A stretch of DNA of 64,000 nucleotides from Dehalococcoidia bacterium (GCA_965226785.1 CBDDEC010000003.1:899914-963913), one strand, 5' to 3'. Positions 18,284-28,999 are shown, counted from the stretch's first letter. Notes: generated by a model not told the origin, from the sequence alone. Made by a program: numbers and translations.

Positions 18284-21200
18284 ATGCCTCTACAGAAGCT
18301 CTTGATTGCGAACCGCGGTGAGATCGCGATCCGTATCGCGCGGGCCGCCGAGGAGCTCGGGATCGTGCCCGTCGCGGTGTTTTCGGAGGACGATGCGGCG
18401 TCACTGCACGTCCGGCACCTCGAAGACGCGCGCGCGTTGGCTGGCAGCGGCGCGGGTGCGTATCTCGACATCGAGGGCGTGTTGACGGCCGCGCAGGCAG
18501 CGGGCTGCGACGCGATCCATCCGGGCTACGGCTTTCTCGCCGAGAGCGCAGAGTTCGCCCAACGGTGCGCCGAGGCGGGGCTGACGTTCGTCGGACCCGC
18601 GGTCGAAACGCTCGAGGTGCTGGGCGACAAGTCCCGGGCGCGCGCGCTCGCGGCGGAGCATGGGATCCCGGTTCTGCCGGGCAGTGACGGTCCGGTCTCG
18701 GCGGAGGAGGCCCGGGAGTTCTTCGAGGGCCTCGCACCGGGTGCGGCGATCGTGATCAAGGCCGTCGCGGGCGGCGGCGGTCGCGGCATGCGCGTGGTCA
18801 CGGAGCCGGCAGCCGTGGAGGAGGCGCACGCCCGTTGCCAGTCGGAGGCCGAGGCTGCCTTCGGATCGTCGGCGGTGTACGTGGAGCAACTGATCGAGCG
18901 CGCCCGCCACATCGAGGTGCAGGTCATTGGCGACGGCGGCGGCGCGGTCAGCCACCTCGGTGAGCGCGAGTGCAGTGTCCAGCGCCGTCACCAGAAACTG
19001 ATCGAGCTGGCGCCGAGCCCCACGCTGGCGTCCGAGGTGCGCGATGCGATCACCGACGCCGCCGTGCGGATGGCCTCTTCGCTGTCGTATGGTAGCCTTG
19101 GCACGTTCGAGTTCTTGCTGGATGCGGACTCGGGCCGCGAGTTCTTCTTCATCGAGGCGAACGCCCGTCTGCAGGTCGAGCACACCGTCACCGAGGAGGT
19201 GACCGGCGTCGACCTCGTGCGCGCGCAGCTGCGGATTGCGGGCGGCGAGACGCTCGCGGACCTCGACCTGGCGCAACCTGACATCCCGGCGGCGCGGGGC
19301 TACGCGATCCAGGCACGTGTGAACACGGAGCAGATGGAGACGGACGGGACCGTGCGCCCCTCGGGCGGCGAGCTGACGGCGTTCCACCCCCCGGCCGGCC
19401 CGGGAATTCGCGTCGACACGTACGGCTACCCCGGCTATCGGACGAACCCGAACTTCGACTCGCTGCTGGCGAAAGTGATCGCCTACGCCCCCTCGGGCGG
19501 GTTCGAGACCGCGGTGGCCCGCCTCGAGCGTGCGCTCAGCGAGTTCTCGATCGGCGGGCTCGAAACCAACGTCGACTTCCTGCGCCGGGTGCTGCGTCAC
19601 GAGGATTTCGGCGCGGGCGGCGTCTACACCCGATGGGTCGACGACCACGTCGCGACGCTCGCTGCCGTCGAGGCGGCGTCGGCCGCCGATGCGGACGGCG
19701 GGCCGGGGGCAGGCGGGAGCATCGACAAGCGCGATCCGCTGTCCGCCCTCGAGTTCTTCCGCGACGGCAAGGGCACGCACGCGCAAGCCGCCGGCACTCC
19801 GCCCCTCGTCGGTCCGCCGAACACGGAGCCGGCCGTCGCGCCGCTGCAGGGGACGGTGACGGAGATCCTGGTGTCTGAGGGCGACAGCGTGCGCGCCGGG
19901 CAACTGCTGTTCGTGATGAGCGCGTTGAAGATGGAGCATGAGGTCCGGGCCGAGGCGGGCGGCATCGTCCGCTCGCTGACCGTGAGCGTCGGCGAGGTTG
20001 TGTACGAGGGCCATCCGCTCGCCTTTGTCGAGCCGCGCGATGTCGGCGCGGCGATCGAGGAGGTGGTCGAAGCCGTCGATCTCGACTACATCCGGCCGAA
20101 GCTCCAGGAGGTATTCGACCGCCGGCAGTTCCTGCTCGACGAGAACCGGCCCGAGGCGGTCGAGCGCCGTCACAGCAAGGGGCGACGAACGGTCCGCGAG
20201 AACCTCGAACAGCTCATCGATCCCGGGACGTGGGTCGAGTACGGCCCCCTGGTGATCGCCGGTCAGCGTGCGAAGCGGTCCGTCGAGGAGTTGATCCGCA
20301 AGACGCCGGCGGATGGCCTGGTGGCGGGCTTCGGGTCGGTCAACGGAGACCTCTTCGACGAAAAGCGCGCGCAGACGGTGTTCATCTCCTACGACGACAC
20401 CGTGTTCGCAGGGACGCAGGGCGGGCGCGGTCACGACAAGACCGACCGCATGATGGAGCTGGCAGACGAGCTCTCGCTGCCGGTGATCTTCCACGCCGAG
20501 GGCGCCGGCGGACGCTCTGGCGACACCGACGGCTCGGGTGCGGGCCATCCCTTCGTGCGCACCTGGGAGAAGATGGGGCGGCTCAGCGGCACGGTCCCGA
20601 TCATCGGCGTGACCGCCGGTTGGTGTTACGCGGGCAACGCCGCGATCCTCGGCGTCACGGACATCATCATCGCGACGGAGGACGCGCTGATCGCGATGGG
20701 TGGCCCGGCCACGATCGAGGGCAGCGGGATGGGCGCGTTCCTGCCGGAGGAGGTCGGGCCGATGTCCGACCTGGCGCCCGCCGGGTCTGTCGACATCGTC
20801 GTCAAGGACCAGGACGCCGCGATCGCTGCCTCGAAGCAGTGCCTCTCCTACTTCCAGGGCTCGATCGAGCCGTGGGAGGCGCACGACCAGCGCCTGCTGC
20901 GCCACGTGATCCCGGAGCAGCGTGGGCGCGCCTTCGACATCCGCGAGGTGATCCGGCTGATGGCGGACAAGGACTCGGTGCTGGAACTGCGCCCGGAGTT
21001 CGGGCGCAGCATGGTCACTTCGTTCATTCGGATCGAAGGCCATCCGTTCGGTCTGACGGCGAACAACAACGCTCACATCGGCGGTGCTATCGACAGCGAC
21101 GGTTCGGATAAGGTGGCGCGCTTCTGGCAGATCTGCGACGCCTTCAACATCCCGATCATCACCCTCGTCGACACGCCGGGAATGATGGTGGGGCCGGAGG

Positions 21201-21646
21201 TCGAGCGTACCGGGCTGATCCGGCACTGCAGCCGGCTGTTCGTCACCGGCGTCAACCTCAAGACGCCTCGCTTCAGCGTGATCCTCCGAGGTGGCTACGC
21301 CCTGGGCGCGCTGTCGGTCATGACCGGGAGCTCCCGCGCTCCGATCTCCACCGTGGCCTGGCCGGGTAGCGAGTTCGGCGGCATGAACATGGAGTCGGGC
21401 GTGCTGCTCTCCTACCGCGAGGAACTGGCGAAGATCGAGGACGTGGAGGAGCGGGCCGCCGAGTACCAGCGCTTGCTCGACCAGGCGTACAGCCGCGTAG
21501 ATGCGGTCCACGTCGCCTCGAACTTCGGCTTCGACGATGTGATCGATCCGGCGGAGACGCGCCAGCGCATCGCTGACACGCTGCGTGCGGTTCCCAACTC
21601 GGAGCCGCTGCGTCGCGGGCGCGCGCAGTTCCTCGACACCTGGTAG
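18284..21646 (+). CDS. Single-chain biotin-dependent acyl-CoA carboxylase (BC-BCCP-CT fusion)
   Basis: Same BC motifs; SALKME; CT domain; most similar to 2093-5473. Confidence 0.93.
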   Translation: MPLQKLLIANRGEIAIRIARAAEELGIVPVAVFSEDDAASLHVRHLEDARALAGSGAGAYLDIEGVLTAAQAAGCDAIHPGYGFLAESAEFAQRCAEAGLTFVGPAVETLEVLGDKSRARALAAEHGIPVLPGSDGPVSAEEAREFFEGLAPGAAIVIKAVAGGGGRGMRVVTEPAAVEEAHARCQSEAEAAFGSSAVYVEQLIERARHIEVQVIGDGGGAVSHLGERECSVQRRHQKLIELAPSPTLASEVRDAITDAAVRMASSLSYGSLGTFEFLLDADSGREFFFIEANARLQVEHTVTEEVTGVDLVRAQLRIAGGETLADLDLAQPDIPAARGYAIQARVNTEQMETDGTVRPSGGELTAFHPPAGPGIRVDTYGYPGYRTNPNFDSLLAKVIAYAPSGGFETAVARLERALSEFSIGGLETNVDFLRRVLRHEDFGAGGVYTRWVDDHVATLAAVEAASAADADGGPGAGGSIDKRDPLSALEFFRDGKGTHAQAAGTPPLVGPPNTEPAVAPLQGTVTEILVSEGDSVRAGQLLFVMSALKMEHEVRAEAGGIVRSLTVSVGEVVYEGHPLAFVEPRDVGAAIEEVVEAVDLDYIRPKLQEVFDRRQFLLDENRPEAVERRHSKGRRTVRENLEQLIDPGTWVEYGPLVIAGQRAKRSVEELIRKTPADGLVAGFGSVNGDLFDEKRAQTVFISYDDTVFAGTQGGRGHDKTDRMMELADELSLPVIFHAEGAGGRSGDTDGSGAGHPFVRTWEKMGRLSGTVPIIGVTAGWCYAGNAAILGVTDIIIATEDALIAMGGPATIEGSGMGAFLPEEVGPMSDLAPAGSVDIVVKDQDAAIAASKQCLSYFQGSIEPWEAHDQRLLRHVIPEQRGRAFDIREVIRLMADKDSVLELRPEFGRSMVTSFIRIEGHPFGLTANNNAHIGGAIDSDGSDKVARFWQICDAFNIPIITLVDTPGMMVGPEVERTGLIRHCSRLFVTGVNLKTPRFSVILRGGYALGALSVMTGSSRAPISTVAWPGSEFGGMNMESGVLLSYREELAKIEDVEERAAEYQRLLDQAYSRVDAVHVASNFGFDDVIDPAETRQRIADTLRAVPNSEPLRRGRAQFLDTW

Positions 21647-21723
21647 CGCGAGCCGCGTCACGGGAGCTGCGCCCGGATCGCTATGATTCGCGCGCGGCAC
21701 CGCGAGCAACGATCGGGATCCTC

Positions 21724-23292
21724 ATGGTCTGGCAACCGGAAGTCGACGACATCAACCGACGGCGCGAGATGGCGCTGGAGATGGGGGGCGAGGACCGCGT
21801 CCGCGATCAGCATGAGCGCGGCAAGCTCACCATCCGCGAGCGCGTCGATGGGCTCCTCGACGAGGGCAGTTTCCGCGAGCGCGGGGTGCTCGCCGGGCAA
21901 ACGGAGTACGAGGGTGGCGAGTTGACGCGGTTTCGCGCTGCTGGCTATGTCGTCGGCATCGGCGAGATCGAGGGGCGGCCGGTTGTGGTGGGAGGTGGCG
22001 ATTACACCGCCCGTCCGCTGAGCGGCACGGAGGGCGTGCGCGCACCCGGTCGGAATGTCAGCAAGGGTGGCCACGACGAGGACATCGCGCTTGGCCTCAA
22101 GCTGCCGTTGATTCGCCTGATCGACGGCTTCGGCGCCGACATCCGCTCCGTGGAGGGCATGGCGCGCACGTACATCCCTGAGCTCACGATGTGGCCCGTG
22201 CCGGCGAAGCTGATGAGCCAGGTGCCGGTGGTCTCGGCCGCCCTCGGCGCGGTGGCCGGGCTGCCCGCGGCGCAGATGGGAATCTGCCACTTCTCGATCA
22301 TGGTGAAGGACACGTCGCAGATTTTCGCTGCCGGGCCGCCGGTGGTGAAGCGTGCGCTCGGCCTCGACGTCAGCAAGGAAGATCTCGGCGGCGTGCAGAT
22401 CCACGCGCATCGCAGCGGGCTGGTGAACAACGTGGCCGAGGACGAGGCCGACGCCTTCGCGCAGATCCGGCGGTTCCTGTCGTACCTCCCGCGCAACGTC
22501 GACGAGACGCCGCCGGTCGAGGAGTGCGACGACCCGGTGGATCGCCGCGAAGAGGAGCTGCTCTCGCTGATCCCTCGGGACCGCCAGCGGCCCTACGACG
22601 TGCGACAGATGGTCGAACTGATCTTCGACCGCGACTCCACGTTCGAGATCGCGCGTCACTTTGGTTCGTCGCTGGTGACCATGTTTGCCCGGCTCAACGG
22701 GCACCCGGTGGGCGTGCTGGCGAACGACCCGCTGCGCATCGGCGGCGCGATGGACGGCCCGGCTGCGCAGAAGCTCGAGCGGTTCGTGGACCTCTGCGAC
22801 ACGTTCCACCTGCCCGTGATCAACCTCGCCGACCAGCCGGGGTTCATGCTCGGCCCTAACGCGGAGGGTGGCGGCACGCTGAAGCACGGCGCACGTGCGC
22901 TCTGCGCCATCGAGGCGGCGACCATTCCCTGGGCCACCGTCATCGTGCGTCGCGTCTACGGCGTCGCGGGAGGTGGGCACCAGAGCTTCGACCGCTTCGC
23001 CTTCCGCGTCGCGTGGCCGTCCGGCGAGTGGGGCTCCATCCCGATCGAGGGCGGCGTGATGGCGGCCTATCGTCGCGAAATTGAGGCGGCGGAGGATCCG
23101 GACGCCTACCGAGCCGAGATCGAGGAGCGCATGGTGCAGCGCCGTAATCCCTTTGGCGCCGCCGAAGCGTTCAACGCGGAGGACCTGATCGACCCGCGCG
23201 ACACGCGGCCGATGCTCTGCGAGTGGCTCGAACTGGTGACCGACCTCCTGCCCCCGGAGCTCGGTCCGAAGCTGCGTCCGATGCGGCCGTGA
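21724..23292 (+). CDS. Acyl-CoA carboxylase carboxyltransferase (beta) subunit
   Basis: GGEDRVRDQHERGKLTIRERV, FAAGPPVV, EDLGG, DQPGFMLG, IDPRDTR. Confidence 0.9.
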   Translation: MVWQPEVDDINRRREMALEMGGEDRVRDQHERGKLTIRERVDGLLDEGSFRERGVLAGQTEYEGGELTRFRAAGYVVGIGEIEGRPVVVGGGDYTARPLSGTEGVRAPGRNVSKGGHDEDIALGLKLPLIRLIDGFGADIRSVEGMARTYIPELTMWPVPAKLMSQVPVVSAALGAVAGLPAAQMGICHFSIMVKDTSQIFAAGPPVVKRALGLDVSKEDLGGVQIHAHRSGLVNNVAEDEADAFAQIRRFLSYLPRNVDETPPVEECDDPVDRREEELLSLIPRDRQRPYDVRQMVELIFDRDSTFEIARHFGSSLVTMFARLNGHPVGVLANDPLRIGGAMDGPAAQKLERFVDLCDTFHLPVINLADQPGFMLGPNAEGGGTLKHGARALCAIEAATIPWATVIVRRVYGVAGGGHQSFDRFAFRVAWPSGEWGSIPIEGGVMAAYRREIEAAEDPDAYRAEIEERMVQRRNPFGAAEAFNAEDLIDPRDTRPMLCEWLELVTDLLPPELGPKLRPMRP

Positions 23293-23305
23293 TCGGGCGG
23301 CCATC

Positions 23306-24415
23306 ATGACGAGCAGCGGATTCGCCAAGCGCATCGCCATTCTCGGCAGCGGGTTCGGCACGCGGGTCACCGCGCCGGCGTTGCGCGCCGAGGGCTGGGA
23401 TATCCGCGCGCTGTTTTCGCGCCGGATTGAGCGGGCCGAGGAGATTGCGGGCAAGCTCGGCATCCCCCACCACACCGACGACTACCGGGCGCTGGTCACG
23501 CGCGACGACATCGATGCGGTCGTTGTCTCGACGCCGACCTCGACGCATCGCGAGATCGCCCTGGCGGCGCTCGCCGCGGGGAAGCACGTGCTCTGCGAGA
23601 AACCGTTCGCGGCGGACCTCGACGAGGCGCGGTCATTGGCGGCTGCGGCGCGCGACTCGGAGCTGACGGTGATGTGCAACTTCGAGTTTCGCTACAGCGA
23701 CCACCGGCTCCACATCAGCCGGCTGATCGAGGATGGCGTGATCGGCGAGCCGCAGTCGGCCACGGCGACGCTGCACTTCGCCCGCCCCATGAGCGGAACC
23801 CCCCTCGACTGGCGCTCGCAGCTGGAGATGGGCGGCGGGGCGCTCAATGAGCAGGGGTCACACTACTTCGACGCGTTGCGGGGGTGGATGGGCGAGATCT
23901 CGGCGATCTCGGCGCAGCTGGCCACGCACGAGCCTCTGCGGATCGATCTGGCGACCGGCGAGGAGGTGACGTCTGACGCCGACGACTTCGCAGCGGCGAC
24001 ACTGACGTTCGCCTCGGGCGCCGTCGCCAGCTTCGCCATCGTCTGGAGCGATCGCGTGCCAGCGGGCGGGGTGCTGCACATCACGGGGCCTGGGGGCACG
24101 ATCAGCCATCGGTCGCCCAGTGGGCTCTTCGCCGGTGGGCCGGTCACACATACGGCGCCGCTCTCGCCCGGCGCTGCCCGAGGCGAGCAGCCCGAGGAAA
24201 GCGCGCCGTTGCCGCTCCCCACCGACATCGCGCCGCTGCCGGACATCGACATCATCGCTGGCTCTCGGCGTCTCCTGCGCGACTTCGAACGCGGCATCAT
24301 CGAGCGCCGGTCGCCGTCACCGAACTTCGACGACGGCCTCGCCACCCAGGCGATCCTCGAGGCCGCACGCGAATCCTCACGCAGCGGGCGCGTCGTGCCG
24401 GTCACGACCGGCTAA
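23306..24415 (+). CDS. Gfo/Idh/MocA family oxidoreductase
   Basis: ILGSGFG, AGKHVLCEKP, GGGALNEQGSHYFD. Confidence 0.9.
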   Translation: MTSSGFAKRIAILGSGFGTRVTAPALRAEGWDIRALFSRRIERAEEIAGKLGIPHHTDDYRALVTRDDIDAVVVSTPTSTHREIALAALAAGKHVLCEKPFAADLDEARSLAAAARDSELTVMCNFEFRYSDHRLHISRLIEDGVIGEPQSATATLHFARPMSGTPLDWRSQLEMGGGALNEQGSHYFDALRGWMGEISAISAQLATHEPLRIDLATGEEVTSDADDFAAATLTFASGAVASFAIVWSDRVPAGGVLHITGPGGTISHRSPSGLFAGGPVTHTAPLSPGAARGEQPEESAPLPLPTDIAPLPDIDIIAGSRRLLRDFERGIIERRSPSPNFDDGLATQAILEAARESSRSGRVVPVTTG

Positions 24416-24493
24416 CACTGAGACCGGCGCCGCGAGCTGCGGCGTTGAGCCTCGGACGTTGCCTCAGCAGCCACAACGGCGCGCTATCTTGGA

Positions 24494-24539
24494 TGCACGC
24501 CCCGGTAGCTCAACGGATAGAGCAGCGGCCTTCTGATCC
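24494..24539 (+). repeat. Duplicated 5' half of tRNA-Arg(TCT), putative att site
   Basis: TGCACGCCCCGGTAGCTCAACGGATAGAGCAGCGGCCTTCT identical to 30007-30047; diverges just after the anticodon and lacks the T-arm. Confidence 0.88.
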
Positions 24540-24976
24540 TGAGCACTGGTCAAGGTCACGCCGGATCTGGCCGCGTTACGGCGGACTGTCGCGCGTTCGC
24601 CCCACTCGCTTTGCGACAGAGCCGGATCAATTCGGATGCGGCCGGCTCCGCGAATCTCCCTCTTCTCTCCCTGCCGGTGGACACTACGCTGCGCTGTCGA
24701 GGTCAGGCGGATAATCCCCTGGAGGTGCTCGTCGACGTGATCGACTGCACCGAGGTCAGCACCTGCTCCAAGTTGCCCGATCGAAGCCGACCGGACTGGC
24801 GCTCAAGCCATAGCTCGAGATTCTGCGGCGCTTCGTCGACCGGATGCTCGCCCGACGGACGGCAACGTCAGGCCGACCGATCGTCGCCCTACTGGGCGTT
24901 ACTCGGTCCGAAGACCTCGAAATCGGGAGTTGGTGAGACGGCGAAGCACCTTGCGATGTAGTCCGAGGACCGCTGA

Positions 24977-25198
24977 TCACTCGCGGCGGTCGAGGCCAGA
25001 GGCCTGCCACTCATCTCGCCCGTCCGCGAGATCGGCGAGCTGTTCCAGCGTCGCCCGATGCTCACGCCGGAGGTGTAGCAAGATCAGCCGGTAATCGAAC
25101 GCGATCAAACAAGAATCTCGCTTGACGAGGCGCGCAACATCGCCGATCCCATCTTCACGGGAGACCTGCTCCAGCAGCCAACTCCGGAACGAAGCCAT
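24977..25198 (-). CDS. YozE-like small protein
   Basis: SFRSWLLEQVSREDGIGDVAR...D pattern recalls YozE SAM-like proteins; GGAGG RBS upstream. Confidence 0.55.
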   Translation of the reverse strand: MASFRSWLLEQVSREDGIGDVARLVKRDSCLIAFDYRLILLHLRREHRATLEQLADLADGRDEWQASGLDRRE

Positions 25199-25673
25199 CA
25201 CCACCTCCCGTAAGCGATCGTAAGCGCCTCAGCACGGGACGCTCTAGTGGACGGTCTTTAACGGCAGACGGTCGCTCGTTCTCGAAGCCCCGAACCCAGA
25301 GCGACGCGTACGATCGAGCGGAACGCGCCCGTCAGCAATCTGGTGTCCGTCAGGCTGGTGCGCTGCCCGATGTAATAGGGCCAGAGGGCCAGTGAGCATC
25401 GCGATTACTTTCGTTCTCGGTGATCGCCAACTCTCCGCACGCACACCGGGCCGCACTCACGGGTGCGGCGGAGGCCGATCCGATCGCGATCCAGTGCTCG
25501 ACAGACACCGCCGCATCAAAGCTGTGATCGCCACCTGCGCAGTTGTTGGAGGCCATGAGACCAACCTCATCATCGTCCGACTGCCGGCCACACGGGACCG
25601 TCTTACTAGGATAAGTCGAGCCGCAAGCCCAGTCCGCATGCCTATAATGCGCGCACACAGATGGGCGGAGCGC

Positions 25674-26564
25674 ATGTTCTTCATCAGCGTTGTGAAGCAG
25701 TACGAGCGAGCGGTGATCTTCCGCCTCGGGCGTTACACGGGCACTCGCGGTCCTGGGCTCGTGATCCTGATTCCATTTATCGACCGAGGCGTCAAAATTG
25801 ACATGCGTGAGTTCGTGCTCGACGAGCCGGCGCAATCCTCGATCACGAAAGACAACGCCCTCGTCGACATCGACTTCGTGGTCTACATGCGCGTGGTCGA
25901 CGCCGAGGCAGCGGTGATCAATGTCCAGAGCTATCTTCGCGCGGTACGCAACCTCGCCACGACCACGCTACGTGCTGTGATCGGCGACATCACCGTCGAG
26001 GAGGTGCTGTCGCAGCGCGAGACGATCAACCGGCGCCTGCAGGTGAAGATGGCGGAGGAGGTCGTGCGCTGGGGTGTCGAGGTGAAGGCGATCGAGATCC
26101 GCGAGATCACTCCGCAACACGACATCCAGGACGCGATGACGCGCTTGCTCACAGCGGACCGCACGAAGCGCTCCGAGATCACCGAGTCAGAGGGCCAGCG
26201 ACAGTCCGCGATCAACGTCGCCGAGGGCAACAAGCGGAGCGCGATCCTCGAGGCAGAAGGCTCGAAGGAGTCGCAGGTGCTGCGCGCACAAGGCGGCCGT
26301 GAGGCAGCAATTCTGAACGCCGAGGGGTTCTCGATCGGCCTGCAGCGGATCTACGAGACGGCCTCTGGCGTCGATGGCAACACCATGGCCTTGCAGTACC
26401 TCGAGATGATGAAGCAGCTCGGCGCAGGCGATTCGACCAAGTGGATCATCCCCATGGACCTGGCGCAGGTTGCGGGTCCGATGGGCGCCGCGATCGGAGG
26501 CCTGGCGTCCGGTGACGGCAACGATGCCGCTGCCAGCGACAGCGCCGGAGCTACACCTCCCTAG
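25674..26564 (+). CDS. SPFH/band 7 (stomatin-like) protein
   Basis: YERAVIFRLG...GPGLVILIPFID, ITKDNALV, TTLRAVIG, WGVEVKAIEIREI, ALQYLE. Confidence 0.9.
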   Translation: MFFISVVKQYERAVIFRLGRYTGTRGPGLVILIPFIDRGVKIDMREFVLDEPAQSSITKDNALVDIDFVVYMRVVDAEAAVINVQSYLRAVRNLATTTLRAVIGDITVEEVLSQRETINRRLQVKMAEEVVRWGVEVKAIEIREITPQHDIQDAMTRLLTADRTKRSEITESEGQRQSAINVAEGNKRSAILEAEGSKESQVLRAQGGREAAILNAEGFSIGLQRIYETASGVDGNTMALQYLEMMKQLGAGDSTKWIIPMDLAQVAGPMGAAIGGLASGDGNDAAASDSAGATPP

Positions 26565-26631
26565 GCCCGACTCGTGTGTCGCTATGGCGGCGCGCCTCGC
26601 CGACTGTCCTGGGCACTGGCTATCGGGTTGC

Positions 26632-28026
26632 CTAGCTGAACTGGTACTCGGGCGCTGCCACGATCAACTGCACCATGCGGCCGATGCGGGCGCACGCGTC
26701 CTCGCTCGCTCCGTTGTCGAACGAGAGCGGGCCCTGCTCCTCCGCGAACTCCACGAGCGCCAAGCGCGTCTCTGCGCTCACGTCGAGGGGTCCACAGAGA
26801 TCGAGGCAGCGGTCGACGAACTCCGCGGGTGAAGCGTCGCCTGCCGCGACGACCCGGTTGACGATCAATGCGACGCCGGGCTTCGAAGTGTCCATCACCT
26901 GCTCGACCGCGAAGTTGACGCGCTCGGTCAGCGTGCCGACGTCGAGCCACTCCTTGCCTGTGTGCCAGCCTTCGACCGAGGTCGGGTCCATGAGCTTCTG
27001 CCCCATCAACATCGCCGCGGTGGCGAGATGGACAACCGAGAGGTCCGGAAACCTCGGCGAACCGGCAAGCTTAATCACGCCGCCGACGAACTCGGTCGGA
27101 CTCTTCACCCGTCGGAAGCGAGCCGTCTTGAAGAAGTCGGAATTGAGCAGCGTGCGCATCACCTCACGTATGTCGCCGTCGGACGCCACGAACGTCGCAA
27201 CCATCTCGTCGATGGCGGCCTCGTCCTGCGGCGGCGTCACGCTCCACGAGGGCACCTGCGGCTCGTCGGCGACGAAGAAGTTGTAGAGGTGGCGAGCGAT
27301 GAACCGCGCGCAAGCCTCCTGCTGCACGATTGCCTCGATCACGTCCTCACCCTCGACGACGGTCTGGCCAAGGAAGGTCTTCTGTTCGGCATCGTGGTCG
27401 TCTTCGTCGAAACGGAACTCCGCGCCGTAATTGCCGTAGGGGTAGAGCGGAATCGGCTGCGTGAACGTCCAACCGGTGAATGCGCGTGCCGCCGATTTGA
27501 TGTCGTCCTCGGTGTAGGCGCCGATGCCCATCGAGAACAGCTCCAGGAGTTCGCGCCCGTAGTTCTCGTTGATCGAACTGCCGTGGTTCTCGTTGTTGTC
27601 AAGCCAGTCGATCATGGCCGGATCGTGCGAGAGGTCGAGAAGAATCTGCCGCATGCTGCCGAGACCGTTTTCTTTGAACAGCTCGATCTGCGCCACCAGC
27701 GCCGGGCCATGCTCGCTCTTGGTCCAGCCGGTCGCGAAGACCTGGTGCCAGAACAGCGCCATCTTCTCGCGCAGCGGGCGTTCGCTGTTCGCGAGGTTGT
27801 AGATCCAGCGCGACGCCCAGATCATCGGTGTGTCGGCGCAGGCGGACACCGGATAGTAGCGGTCGAGTACGTCCTCGTCCGGATCGCTGTGCAACTCCGG
27901 ATAGAGCAGGTCTTCGATGACCTCCTCGTAGGGGCGCAGCGCCAGTTCTTCGAGCTCCTCCCGGGTCGCTCCGACCCCAACACGGCGCATGAGATGAGCC
28001 ATCAACTCGATGCTTTCTTCCCCCAT
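26632..28026 (-). CDS. DUF1800 family protein (orphan copy inside the island)
   Basis: KMALFWHQVFAT, NENYGRELLELFSMG, PEYQF; close to 8727-10133. Confidence 0.9.
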   Translation of the reverse strand: MGEESIELMAHLMRRVGVGATREELEELALRPYEEVIEDLLYPELHSDPDEDVLDRYYPVSACADTPMIWASRWIYNLANSERPLREKMALFWHQVFATGWTKSEHGPALVAQIELFKENGLGSMRQILLDLSHDPAMIDWLDNNENHGSSINENYGRELLELFSMGIGAYTEDDIKSAARAFTGWTFTQPIPLYPYGNYGAEFRFDEDDHDAEQKTFLGQTVVEGEDVIEAIVQQEACARFIARHLYNFFVADEPQVPSWSVTPPQDEAAIDEMVATFVASDGDIREVMRTLLNSDFFKTARFRRVKSPTEFVGGVIKLAGSPRFPDLSVVHLATAAMLMGQKLMDPTSVEGWHTGKEWLDVGTLTERVNFAVEQVMDTSKPGVALIVNRVVAAGDASPAEFVDRCLDLCGPLDVSAETRLALVEFAEEQGPLSFDNGASEDACARIGRMVQLIVAAPEYQFS

Positions 28027-28712
28027 AGCGAACCTCTCCTCGTTGTCCCCCGCCCGAATCTGAGGGCGGCGCCAACCGTAATTGCCGTCGGCTTCGCAAT
28101 TCATAGCATGAACGCGGGACACCGCAGCATCGATCACTGTCCTACCTCGTTACGGACCCGTGGCCGGTGCTGGCTAGTTTCCTAGGGCAGCTATCTATCT
28201 GCGACTCGCGAGATCCCTCGTGGAGCCGTCCATCAGAGATCGAGGAGTACATTGAGGCCAGCGGTGTTGAGGCGTTCCCGACGAGAGAAACATTGATGGC
28301 GAACATCTGACGTCCGCATCATGCCCGCGGGAGCCCGGGTCCACGACCTCGGGGAGCACACTGGATCGGCGTCGTTACACCCGTCGACCGGATCGGGACC
28401 GGGCGCTTTCTCTCTCAACAGTCCGCGAGGCCGCTCGACCGCCAGAAGTAGCGTCGCCTCGGTCCTCCGCTCTCACGTCGCGTCTCCAGGCCGCCGCTGC
28501 TCCGCACGCCGCGCATTACGCCAACCAGGTCTCGCTGACGAGCGGGAGTCTCGTCGTCGCCCCGAGCCGCTGCTTCCTCGCAGAAACTCTGGGCATAGGC
28601 TCCCTTGTGGTTCACAATGGGTTGAACGCTGGGAGCGATATGAGAGCGTGGGCAGATACACGTCCCCCGCCCTCACCGCGCCGTCAAGGCTCGTTCCGGC
28701 TCGCCAGGGAGT

Positions 28713-28928
28713 GTGACAGTGGTGACGAGCGACCGCGAAGCCGGGAGAGCCGACGCGACCTGCGTGCATCACTGGAAGCTCGGCAGCCCGAATGGCCGCT
28801 CGAGCGTCGGAGTCTGTCAAGAGTGCGGCGCCGAGCGAGTGTTCGCCGCCAGCGCTAGCGCTGGCGGCTGGGCTCGTGCGCCTCGCGGCATCGCGCGGCG
28901 ACCCGCAGACCCTCCGAGGAGTGCCTGA
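28713..28928 (+). CDS. Small Cys/His zinc-ribbon-like protein
   Basis: CVHHWKLGSPNGRSSVGVCQECGAERVF (CxH...CxxC). Confidence 0.5.
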   Translation: MTVVTSDREAGRADATCVHHWKLGSPNGRSSVGVCQECGAERVFAASASAGGWARAPRGIARRPADPPRSA

Positions 28929-28999
28929 CGCAGTGGATCCGGACGGATGGCCAGAGGCTCGTGCGCTGAGCATGCTGTGGAGTCATTGATCTGGTCCGT

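Noticed and set aside
18401..21709. 1102-aa minus-strand ORF and other long antisense ORFs
   Set aside because: Shadow frames of real high-GC genes; no recognisable motifs.
24499..24575. Second complete tRNA-Arg
   Set aside because: No T-arm or 3' acceptor strand after the anticodon.
28280..28420. Riboswitch upstream of the island DUF1800 (GGGGAGC, CCCGTC motifs)
   Set aside because: Only short matches to ZTP or c-di-AMP consensus, and on the opposite strand to the gene; would need an Rfam search.
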